Below, in pieces: positions 56,542 to 64,000 of a stretch of 64,000 nt of DNA (the stretch's first letter is position 1; every line of letters starts with the position of its first letter). The stretch is from Klebsiella phage NU-KP11, in the sequence record OR644643.1; one strand, written 5' to 3'. A model generated the notes under the pieces. It saw only the letters and a program-made list of their open reading frames with translations. It did not search any database and was not told the origin of the DNA. The position numbers and the translations under genes were made by a program.

Positions 56542-56768
56542 TCCGTTTCCTGTTCATTCAGCCATGATTCGATACGAGATAGTTCTTCATCTCGCGGGGT
56601 AAATCCATATGATGCGTCGATCATCCCAATCTGATCCCAAACATCAATTTCCAGGATCTCAGTCACTGGAGGATTTTGTGAGATATGGTCGCGACATACA
56701 GCAAGAGCGGTATTGATGGATTGTGTGACAGTCAGAGTGTCACCCTGTACAGATACTTGAATAATCAT
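56538..56768 (-). CDS. hypothetical protein (76 aa)
   Basis: ORF track. Confidence 0.45.
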   Translation of the reverse strand: MIIQVSVQGDTLTVTQSINTALAVCRDHISQNPPVTEILEIDVWDQIGMIDASYGFTPRDEELSRIESWLNEQETE

Positions 56769-57055
56769 TCAGAACTCCATGCATTTTTCAAAGTAAATCT
56801 TTGTTGGGAATTAATAATCGTAGCGCGAATAACAGCAAGTTTCATTTCTTCAAATTTATTTCGCGTCATATACAAACCAATCAAAGGAAAATAGAGCCTT
56901 TCCCATTTGTAAGTGTCGCTTACTTCTTTAACAGCATTGATTAAAATCTCAGCCATTTGAAAATCGGTAGGAGGAACCCAACCAAGATTAATATAAATCC
57001 GTTTTTGTGTACCTTCTTTCAGATTTTCCAAACGTAACCATGTTGGACAACTCAT
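56765..57055 (-). CDS. hypothetical protein (~96 aa; MSCPTWLRL...)
   Basis: track ORF 56765..57100 trimmed: its first 15 codons are a terminator hairpin. Confidence 0.45.
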   Translation of the reverse strand: MSCPTWLRLENLKEGTQKRIYINLGWVPPTDFQMAEILINAVKEVSDTYKWERLYFPLIGLYMTRNKFEEMKLAVIRATIINSQQRFTLKNAWSSE

Positions 57056-57065
57056 AATATTTTCC

Positions 57066-57100
57066 TCAAATAAAAAGGGAACTGCGTTAACAGTTCCCAT
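57066..57100 (-). terminator. terminator GGGAACTGTTAACGCAGTTCCC + T5 (after J-domain gene)
   Basis: hairpin + T-run, followed by SD GAGGAAAATATT ATG. Confidence 0.6.
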
Positions 57101-57114
57101 TATAGTTCATTTGA

Positions 57115-58824
57115 TTAGTAAGTCAAGCGCCACAATTGAATTGCTGCATCAACTTCCTTCTTGATATCTTCCGGAGTGTCTTTGCGCTGTGCTTTGACTA
57201 ACATAGTCATCATTTTACGAATAGTGTTGTTCATATTCGCTTTCTCACGTGCTGCATGAACAGCCTGTGATTTTTCCACTTCCGGTGTATCTTTCTTAGC
57301 CGCCTGTGGTTTGGTAGGCTGTGCGCCGATTTCGTCTTTCTGTTTAGGTGCTTTTTGCTCTGCTTCCTTCTTCACATGAGGCGCGGAGAATTTACCCGCT
57401 TTGAAGTTAGAATTCATTTGATCTAAAGCGCTCTTAACAGTGTTCCAGTCAGAGATCCCGCGTAAAGATTTCAGAGTATCAGTGAGCAGGCTAATGCTTG
57501 CGCCTTTGGTATCTTCTGCGATATCGATTCCTTTCAACCACTCAATGTGTTTCTGACCAGAGTACGTGAAATTAAAGCTACTGAATGAGTAGTATGCTTT
57601 ACGGTTTACAACAATACGCTTGAAGTTGATAGTAACACCAGCGCCGTTATCAAATTCAACATAACCGCTGGTAGGCATTACACGAGCACCAATATCTTTT
57701 AGTGCTGCGAAGTATTCCTCTTTACCGATACGATTAACAGTGCGTTTTGGCTTCTCTTCTGGTTTTGGTGCGGCTTCCTGAGCAGCTACACGTTTAACAA
57801 AAGATGCTGAACGATGTCCCGCCGCAAACTCTGCGTTCATCTTATCGATCGCGTTCACAACTCCTTGAACACTCGGTTTCAGTTTCTGCAACTCTTTGAA
57901 CGTATCAACGATCATATCCAGGCAAGCGCCGTCCTCATCTTCGAACATTGTTCCGCGAAGTTGTGCAGCCGGACGATACTTAGATACAGCAGGATCATAC
58001 ACCGCGCTAAACACATAAGCACCTTTGCGCATGAATACGTGACGATAGAAACGAACTTTCAGTGTACCAACTTCAACAAAGATATCGTTTCCGCTAATGT
58101 CAGCGCCTAACAGCTTACGGAATGATGCCAGGTAATCAGCACGTTTGTACTTGATATTTTTCTGTACAGGGCTGAAAATGCTTTCCAGTTTTTTAGACGG
58201 GAACAGGCTTTCCGGAGTGATCTTATCTGGGTTTTTGCCCCATTGATAATCACGGCTTGCCATTTTATGTTTTTTAGTTCCAACCAGTACAAAGGTACTA
58301 ACAGAAACGCTACCCAGTGCAGATGAATCCGGAGCGGCTAACCCTTGTCCATTCGGAGGGGTGCAGTTGAAACCGAAATCAAAGTAAGCATCACCAGAAG
58401 TGAAACGGAACGAAGCATAAACACCGTGACTACCTTTTGTTACTTCCTGTTTGAAAGTGGTAGGCAATCCAGTGTATTTGGTGAAGTATTCCGCAAATTC
58501 CTGTGCGTTAAATTTGGTGCTGAAATAGTTTTTCGCCACTACAAAGTAAGCATCAACTTTTTCTTCCCATTCTTTCTTTTGACGTGCATAACGTGCGCGA
58601 ACGTCACCAGCAGTCTCAGAACGTGCGCCACTAGGCCCAGTTTTTGTAACGACGTCGTAAGCCTGGTTAATTTTCTGCATTAATTCATTGCTACCACCAC
58701 GGTCGGGGTGATTGCGTAAGGATGCACGTTTGAAGAGTCTGGACATTTCGGCGCTGGTTTCGCTACCAGTTGCGCCCAAAACTTTCAGTGCTTCCTGATA
58801 AGTCATTTTGGATTCGGTGATCAT
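57115..58824 (-). CDS. J-domain (DnaJ N-terminal, HPD motif) protein with two internally duplicated ~120-aa domains (569 aa)
   Basis: YQEALKVLG...LFKRASLRNHPDRGG; two ~120-aa segments each ending in a shared Q/MN..F.AG..SA..VK motif. Confidence 0.6.
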   Translation of the reverse strand: MITESKMTYQEALKVLGATGSETSAEMSRLFKRASLRNHPDRGGSNELMQKINQAYDVVTKTGPSGARSETAGDVRARYARQKKEWEEKVDAYFVVAKNYFSTKFNAQEFAEYFTKYTGLPTTFKQEVTKGSHGVYASFRFTSGDAYFDFGFNCTPPNGQGLAAPDSSALGSVSVSTFVLVGTKKHKMASRDYQWGKNPDKITPESLFPSKKLESIFSPVQKNIKYKRADYLASFRKLLGADISGNDIFVEVGTLKVRFYRHVFMRKGAYVFSAVYDPAVSKYRPAAQLRGTMFEDEDGACLDMIVDTFKELQKLKPSVQGVVNAIDKMNAEFAAGHRSASFVKRVAAQEAAPKPEEKPKRTVNRIGKEEYFAALKDIGARVMPTSGYVEFDNGAGVTINFKRIVVNRKAYYSFSSFNFTYSGQKHIEWLKGIDIAEDTKGASISLLTDTLKSLRGISDWNTVKSALDQMNSNFKAGKFSAPHVKKEAEQKAPKQKDEIGAQPTKPQAAKKDTPEVEKSQAVHAAREKANMNNTIRKMMTMLVKAQRKDTPEDIKKEVDAAIQLWRLTY

Positions 58825-58835
58825 TTATTGTTCCT

Positions 58836-58875
58836 CAAATAAAAACAAAGCCCACGTTTCGTTACATGGGCTACT
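58836..58875 (-). terminator. terminator AGCCCATGTAACGAAACGTGGGCT + T-run upstream of J-domain gene
   Basis: hairpin + TTGTTTTT. Confidence 0.55.
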
Positions 58876-58897
58876 TTACTGTATTTATGGATTTCGG

Positions 58898-59089
58898 TCA
58901 ATAGATTTTTTCGAGGAACCAAACAGAACTTTTGTTGTTCTTGATTCGCGTCAACTCTATAGGATTATTTTTGAATGCTTCCTCAACATCTTTCATAGTA
59001 ACTATATGTTTTTCTTCAAGAAAATTGTTGTGGAGATAAAACCGCTCTATTTCCGGAGCGGTTTCTAATTCAAATTCTCTTTCTAACAT
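58898..59089 (-). CDS. hypothetical protein (63 aa)
   Basis: ORF track. Confidence 0.45.
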   Translation of the reverse strand: MLEREFELETAPEIERFYLHNNFLEEKHIVTMKDVEEAFKNNPIELTRIKNNKSSVWFLEKIY

Positions 59090-60789
59090 TATGCACCTCG
59101 ATCATTGATAGTACACTTTGTGAACCGTCCAACTTTCTGCATGGTGATATGTCGGTCGAAATCTTGCGGATCCAGATCCTGATGACTGATAATGATAGTG
59201 TTTCCTTCAATGCTGTCAAGTAAAGTTTTGATTGCATATGAACCTTCTCGGTCAAGTGGCCCGTCAAAAACTTCATCCAGGATCAGAAGGGATAAATCAA
59301 CACCAGAAATTTTACTGGTTACATCGCGCCAGGTGAACAATAAAGCAAGGTTAATACGTGCTCTTTCGCCTTGACTGAACGATGCGTAACTAAAATCATT
59401 ACGACCCAGCGATTTAATAGATTCGTTAAATTCGTCATCCAGAGTGAACTGATAATCAGCACCCAACAGATCCAGATAGTACGCAATCTGTTTATTGAAG
59501 TAAGGAATATAACGTTTAACGATGCTCGCTTTAACGCCGGAATCTTTCAGCAGATCCGTAACAATACCTCTGAAATATTTTTCCTTGACAAATCCGGAAC
59601 GTTTAGAATCAAGTTCCTTTTCATCTTCACGGAGTTTTTCAACTGGGGATTCATCGATCACCACGTCTTCCTGTGCTTTATCCATGACAGCCCGAACACG
59701 TTTAGCCGCTGCAACTTCATTTTGAAGTGTACCGCGTAGTGATTCGTATTTGGATTTCAGCCCATTTAGTGTACGTTGTTGTGTTAGTAAATCATCCATG
59801 ATTTTCTGTAGCTGATCTTGTTTGTTCTTAATCAGCGTAAGTTTCTGAGTACCGTTTTTAATATTCTCGGCAATCTCTTCCATGCGTTCAGGAGTGGGGC
59901 TAATTGGCTGTTTACAGGCCGGACATTCACCACCCTTGCGATACATCACCTCAAGACGCTGCAACTGTTCTACGTTCATTGAGAGGCGTGTATAGCCATC
60001 ACGCAGTTTTTGAATATTTGCTGTTTGGTCTTCACCATTGATCACACATTCTGCGATCTGGGTTTGAAGTTCAACTAATTGCGCTTTAATCTGTTTTGCT
60101 GTTTCTACGTGGGAATCGTAGATATCCTGGTAACGCGCCGTATTCTGATTTGCTTTTGCCCGTTGTTCGTCAATGAACTTTTGATGTGTTGCGATCTGCT
60201 GTTGTACGTGTCCAATCTGCATTGAAAGCGTATCCAGTTCACGGTTAACACCACGGATGTATGATTTGTTCAGTTTGTCCATTTCACTGATGATAGACAA
60301 AGACAACAAATCTTCAACCAGTTTACGGCGATCTGGTGTTTTCAGTTCCATGAAAGGTACATAACCAGCAGTACCCAGAACGATAACCTGTTTAAAGCCC
60401 ACCAGGTTAATATTCAACATTGATTCAAGCTGTGACTGATAATCACCAGCGGCTGAATCTTCCGGCAGTTTTTCGCCATTCTTCCAGATCTCAAATACTT
60501 TCGGCTTTTGTCCACGGATGATTTTATATTCATCATTGCCGTATTCGATCAACAGTTCAACCAGACATTTTTTCTTGTTGATACTGTTCACCAGTTGCCC
60601 GACTTTCAGATCGCGAAATGACTTACCAAAGAGAGCATATGTAAGCGCTTCGATCATGGTGGATTTACCACCGCCGTTTTTACCCGTAATGAGGGTTTTC
60701 TTTGCTGAATCAAAATCAATGACGATCGGTACGTTACCAACCGACAAGATATTTTGATAAGTCAATGTTTTAAATTTGAGTTTCATCAA
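59089..60789 (-). CDS. 46: recombination endonuclease ATPase subunit (SbcC/Rad50-like, T4 gp46)
   Basis: Walker A GKNGGGKST, long coiled coil, CxxC zinc hook, C-terminal D-loop/LILDE. Confidence 0.85.
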   Translation of the reverse strand: MMKLKFKTLTYQNILSVGNVPIVIDFDSAKKTLITGKNGGGKSTMIEALTYALFGKSFRDLKVGQLVNSINKKKCLVELLIEYGNDEYKIIRGQKPKVFEIWKNGEKLPEDSAAGDYQSQLESMLNINLVGFKQVIVLGTAGYVPFMELKTPDRRKLVEDLLSLSIISEMDKLNKSYIRGVNRELDTLSMQIGHVQQQIATHQKFIDEQRAKANQNTARYQDIYDSHVETAKQIKAQLVELQTQIAECVINGEDQTANIQKLRDGYTRLSMNVEQLQRLEVMYRKGGECPACKQPISPTPERMEEIAENIKNGTQKLTLIKNKQDQLQKIMDDLLTQQRTLNGLKSKYESLRGTLQNEVAAAKRVRAVMDKAQEDVVIDESPVEKLREDEKELDSKRSGFVKEKYFRGIVTDLLKDSGVKASIVKRYIPYFNKQIAYYLDLLGADYQFTLDDEFNESIKSLGRNDFSYASFSQGERARINLALLFTWRDVTSKISGVDLSLLILDEVFDGPLDREGSYAIKTLLDSIEGNTIIISHQDLDPQDFDRHITMQKVGRFTKCTINDRGA

Positions 60790-61084
60790 TTATCCTTTGG
60801 GATATATCACTAATCATGTTTGTAATCGTGCTATCAAAGCAGTATATCACGGAATCTTCATCCATGCTATTCAGGACAGTAAATGTCCAAACCTTTGTTT
60901 CGTGATAGTTGTCTTTAATCAAAGTGAACCCCAATGACACATACTCATTATGGGAATCCTGCTGTACTGCAACAATCACATCAAATCCAAACATTTTATA
61001 AAGGGCTTTATATCGCCCTTCTTCGTTTAAAATATTAACGTAATCAACTATTTCCATTGCTCGTAACCTCTGCATACAATGCAC
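60770..61084 (-). CDS. hypothetical protein (104 aa) between gp46 and gp47
   Basis: ORF track. Confidence 0.45.
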   Translation of the reverse strand: MHCMQRLRAMEIVDYVNILNEEGRYKALYKMFGFDVIVAVQQDSHNEYVSLGFTLIKDNYHETKVWTFTVLNSMDEDSVIYCFDSTITNMISDISQRIIDETQI

Positions 61085-62090
61085 TCATTATTGCAGATAC
61101 TTCGGTCTTTTCTTCTGGAGTGATCTGCATGTTGTTGATGTACTCACTAATCAATCCAGATACACTTTTGATTTCAAAATCAGTATCGACTTCTGAATCA
61201 GTGATCACGCGATCGACAATGTTCAATTCATAAACTGTTTCTTCCAGTTTTGTTTGAAACTTAGGCAAATCGTTATCAACTTCGCGTACAATCAAGCGAA
61301 CAGAGCAATTTTTGTAATCTGCAACATCAACATCTTTTTGATCCGGATAGGTGATCCGGCGATGGTGGCATACTGGGTTAGCAATGAAAGTTAATTCACG
61401 TTTACCGTCGCCATAAGATAGCTCATAGAAGCCCCTGGTTTCGTCCTCATCGTTCGCGCTCATGGTCAGAGGTGTACCGATATAGAAAACGTTAGCGCCT
61501 TCGTTAGCGTGATGATAGTGGCCTGAATACACGATATCATATTTCTTTAAGAAATCAGGTTCAAGCCCATGATCCGCTTTACTGTTCTTATAGAAATAGT
61601 ATCCGGACAGTTCAAAGTGTCCTAAGCAGTATTGAGATTTTGACTTTTTGATGAAATCAAAAATCTGTTGTGTGTTTTCTTGACAAATCCACGGGATCAA
61701 ATCGATTGATTGCAGCGGAGAAGTATCAAGATTTACTGTCATCGGTTCATCAACAACCGTGAAGCAATCATACTGATCAAGAATCTCTCGCGGTGAGTTA
61801 GGGCGGATCTTGTCTTTAAACTGGCAATCGTGGTTCCCAACCAGAACATAGATATGTAATCCGGCTTCTTCCAGTAGTGGCACAATACGTTCACGAATGA
61901 ATTTCATCGTGGTTTGTGTGGTGGCCTTGCGCACATCAAAGAAATCACCAGCATGGAAAGCCTCGGTAATGCCGTTTGCTTTGCAGTGTTCTACGATTTG
62001 TACGAATACATTGTATAGGTTTTCTTCATTCCAGGGGTTGTCCTGACGCAAGCCAGCGTGAGTATCCCCGATCATTAAGTACTTTCTCAT
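61044..62090 (-). CDS. 47: recombination endonuclease nuclease subunit (SbcD/Mre11-like, T4 gp47)
   Basis: phosphoesterase motifs MIGDTHAG, GNHD, GHYHH. Confidence 0.85.
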   Translation of the reverse strand: MRKYLMIGDTHAGLRQDNPWNEENLYNVFVQIVEHCKANGITEAFHAGDFFDVRKATTQTTMKFIRERIVPLLEEAGLHIYVLVGNHDCQFKDKIRPNSPREILDQYDCFTVVDEPMTVNLDTSPLQSIDLIPWICQENTQQIFDFIKKSKSQYCLGHFELSGYYFYKNSKADHGLEPDFLKKYDIVYSGHYHHANEGANVFYIGTPLTMSANDEDETRGFYELSYGDGKRELTFIANPVCHHRRITYPDQKDVDVADYKNCSVRLIVREVDNDLPKFQTKLEETVYELNIVDRVITDSEVDTDFEIKSVSGLISEYINNMQITPEEKTEVSAIMSALYAEVTSNGNS

Positions 62091-62126
62091 AAGACCCTCA
62101 TAGCCCCTTTCGGGGCTACTTGTTTG

Positions 62127-62453
62127 TTATTGCTTCTGTTGTGAAGCTACGATATTTCGAATTGATGCTAGTGAAGTGTTCCACATCGTATCAATGAAAT
62201 CCTCTGTATACGGCTGTTTGAGCATATCACGAAGTTTCTTAACCGCATACACATACTGAACTTTATTACCCCTGAATAGGGCTTCCTCTGCGTGTCTACG
62301 GAGGCGTTTGATCTCAGTCCGGTTCTTCTTAATGAATTTTTGTGCTCGCTTCAATGCATCGGCTTCTACACGTGCCTGGATCTTTTGTCGAATTTCCTCT
62401 TCTGGATCCACTTCTTCCACACTGGTTAGTACTTCTTTCTCTTCATCAATCAT
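62127..62453 (-). CDS. hypothetical protein (108 aa)
   Basis: ORF track. Confidence 0.45.
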   Translation of the reverse strand: MIDEEKEVLTSVEEVDPEEEIRQKIQARVEADALKRAQKFIKKNRTEIKRLRRHAEEALFRGNKVQYVYAVKKLRDMLKQPYTEDFIDTMWNTSLASIRNIVASQQKQ

Positions 62454-62661
62454 AAGTGATCTCCATGATCATAGTTTCGGCGTTTATCATATAAGACAAA
62501 ACCCCTTCTTCTACTTCGAAATCGGGGTTTCTTACGTCAGTTGGATCGATGATAACCGGGATTCCCACGTTTTGCAACTCTAATTTTACGAAGTAGGGTA
62601 GCAAGTCAATTTCGTAATCGATATCAGTTAATATTTTGTTTAAGTCAATTATTGCTTTCAT
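62446..62661 (-). CDS. hypothetical protein (71 aa)
   Basis: ORF track. Confidence 0.45.
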   Translation of the reverse strand: MKAIIDLNKILTDIDYEIDLLPYFVKLELQNVGIPVIIDPTDVRNPDFEVEEGVLSYMINAETMIMEITYD

Positions 62662-63185
62662 AGAAAATCTTCCAATGTTGGGAATACTTCCGCTTCCTTG
62701 TCTTTGGTTTTGGTGGCGGAAGCCTCGTACTGAGATAGTTTGTCATGTAGATCTTGAATGAAACCTTCGTCTGCAATACTAACCATATCTGAATCTTCGC
62801 AGTCGTAAACGTGCTCAAGGAAGAATTTATATTTCTTCGCGTTCTCTTTTTTCTCGTACAGAATACGTGTTACGAATGCTTGCCAACATGCTTTGTTAAT
62901 GTAACCGTAAACGTTGGTATAACGAGTTTCATCGAAGTTATGCAGTCCTGAGATTGCAGCGGAAATTCCGTCATCGATCATATCCATTTTCCAATCTTCG
63001 GAATAACGGTTGAAGTTGTAACGACGTGATAGCCCGTTTGCAATATCCATAATAGCAGCACCTAACTCATTAGGCATTTTGCGATCACCTGTTTCGGCGA
63101 TTTGCTTTTTCCATGCACAGAGGATAGGGTATAATTTTTCATTGTCTGCGTAGATATTGGTTGTTTCTTTAGTCATAGTATTCAT
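62658..63185 (-). CDS. 55: late-transcription sigma factor gp55
   Basis: Colinear with recalled T4 gp55 (GLSRRYNF..Y...WK..MI.DGI.A.I.GLHNFDET.Y.N...YI..AC..AFV.RI). Confidence 0.85.
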   Translation of the reverse strand: MNTMTKETTNIYADNEKLYPILCAWKKQIAETGDRKMPNELGAAIMDIANGLSRRYNFNRYSEDWKMDMIDDGISAAISGLHNFDETRYTNVYGYINKACWQAFVTRILYEKKENAKKYKFFLEHVYDCEDSDMVSIADEGFIQDLHDKLSQYEASATKTKDKEAEVFPTLEDFL

Positions 63186-63229
63186 ATTTCCTCTTTGAAG
63201 TTAAGAATATTATATAATAACTGTAGACA

Positions 63230-63420
63230 AAATCAAATTTCATTCTATATTATTTAAGGTTAAAGTAGATCTAATGATCTATAGATCAGATCTAAATTAT
63301 ATAAAATTTATTGATTTTAGTACTTGACCTACAATGATCATTGTAGTAAAATAATTATTAATTAATAAATTATAGATCATAAATTTGATCAGATCAAGTA
63401 TTATTGATCAAAATTTTTAT
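63230..63420. repeat. AT-rich intergenic region with ~9 GATC sites in palindromic arrangements (TAGATCTA, TACAATGATCATTGTA etc.)
   Basis: direct reading. Confidence 0.6.
63326..63360 (+). promoter_or_regulatory. sigma70-like promoter -35 TTGACC, 17 nt (containing palindrome TACAATGATCATTGTA), -10 TAAAAT
   Basis: hexamers. Confidence 0.45.
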
Positions 63421-63431
63421 GGTCTTTTGTA

Positions 63432-63465
63432 TTGACTTCATTTCGTAAGTTACTACAATAACCCC
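63432..63465 (+). promoter_or_regulatory. sigma70-like promoter -35 TTGACT, 16 nt, -10 TACAAT upstream of rnh
   Basis: hexamers. Confidence 0.5.
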
Positions 63466-63489
63466 GTTCTTTGAAAAATTGAGGTATGT

Positions 63490-64000
63490 ATGAGCAGTTT
63501 TGCAAGCATGTTTAACTTGAACAAGCTGATGCAAGATGAAGGGGAACCCGATGATACTATGGTCATCGATATCTCTAACATTTCCATCGCTACACTGATG
63601 AACAACTTCAAACCAAAGGAACAAGCATCCATCACGATCGAAATGATTCGTCATCTGGTGCTTGACACTTTACGGTTTAACGTTGTAAAATTTAAAGGTG
63701 AGTATCCAGAAATCGTGATTGCCTTCGATGACAGAAATTACTGGCGTAGGCAAAAAGCCTGGTACTACAAAAAACGTCGTCAGATCGAACACGAAGAATC
63801 AGAATGGGATTGGGATCGTCTGAACAACTTCCTGAATCCTGTGTTCGAAGAAATCCGTCAGAATATGCCTTATCTCGGATTAAAGGTTGAATTCGCGGAA
63901 GCTGATGATATAATTGCTGTTGTTACGAAAAAAGCTGTTGGTGAAGGTAGACGAGTATTAGTGGTTTCTGCTGATAGCGACTTTACACAACTACAGAAAT
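63490..64000 (+). CDS. rnh: RNase H / 5'-3' flap exonuclease (T4 rnh), 3'-truncated by window end
   Basis: Colinear with recalled T4 RNase H (D.S.I..ST..NF..KE.....M.RHL.L......VKK; YWRR..A.YYKK.R; EADD.IAV..KK; SSD.DFTQL). Confidence 0.8.
   Translation, partial: MSSFASMFNLNKLMQDEGEPDDTMVIDISNISIATLMNNFKPKEQASITIEMIRHLVLDTLRFNVVKFKGEYPEIVIAFDDRNYWRRQKAWYYKKRRQIEHEESEWDWDRLNNFLNPVFEEIRQNMPYLGLKVEFAEADDIIAVVTKKAVGEGRRVLVVSADSDFTQLQK

Noticed and set aside
56765-57100. Track start of ORF 56765..57100 (MGTVNAVPFLF...)
   Set aside because: The first 15 codons are the terminator hairpin GGGAACTGTTAACGCAGTTCCC + T5. The real start is the ATG at 57055, after SD GAGGAAAATATT.
1-64000. GAAAC repeats in the leader motif resemble the 8-nt crRNA tag of type III CRISPR repeats; checked for CRISPR arrays
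   Set aside because: There are no direct repeats with regular spacers anywhere. The motif always sits at a fixed distance from a -10 box, so it is a promoter/leader element.

Overview
This window is a dense, intron-free bacteriophage genome segment with the core gene content of a T4-like (Tevenvirinae/Straboviridae-type) myovirus, rearranged in places relative to T4.

**Layout.** Positions 1-29540 are a plus-strand block of about 70 mostly small early or middle genes. About ten strong sigma70-type promoters of one conserved class drive them (TTGNNN -35, often inside a terminator hairpin; TATATT -10; conserved transcribed leader CATCGAAACGAAAC). Recognisable products in this block are an M15 L-Ala-D-Glu peptidase endolysin, PhoH with a PIN domain, thymidine kinase, a macro-domain protein, an NMNAT-Nudix NAD-salvage enzyme, an SPFH protein, a Pol-beta-type nucleotidyltransferase, a C5-cytosine methyltransferase, a large vWA protein flanked by two paralogs, and a radical-SAM/SPASM-like protein.

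Positions 29576-36793 hold a late baseplate block. gp25 and gp54 are confidently recognisable. The 26/51/48/29/28/27-like assignments are by size and order only.

Positions 36790-63185 are almost entirely minus strand and follow T4 gene order: DNA ligase (gp30-like, KADGAR motif), a HAD phosphatase, a NADAR-domain protein, a GrcA glycyl-radical spare-part homolog, two tRNAs (Gln-CUG and Met-CAU), a GroES/gp31-like protein, dCMP deaminase, polynucleotide kinase-phosphatase, an i-/o-spanin pair, RNA ligase 1, a GIY-YIG domain protein, nrdB, nrdA, thymidylate synthase, DHFR, a large J-domain protein, gp46/gp47 (SbcCD-like) and the late sigma factor gp55.

After a GATC-dense AT-rich intergenic region, the 5' part of RNase H (rnh) runs off the plus-strand end of the window.

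**Most notable candidates.**
- A vWA protein bracketed by two paralogs that share a selectively conserved 16-aa N-terminal peptide.
- A NAD/ADP-ribose toolkit: macro domain, NADAR and NMNAT-Nudix.
- A 7-gene translationally coupled operon containing a nucleotidyltransferase and a C5 methyltransferase.
- A radical-SAM/SPASM-like early protein.
- A J-domain protein with duplicated domains.
- The conserved promoter-leader module CGAAACGAAAC.

All calls rest on by-eye motif recognition and on alignment to protein sequences recalled from memory (not checked against a database) for T4 gp25, gp54, Rnl1, PseT and gp55 and E. coli NrdA, NrdB and GrcA. No database searches were run.
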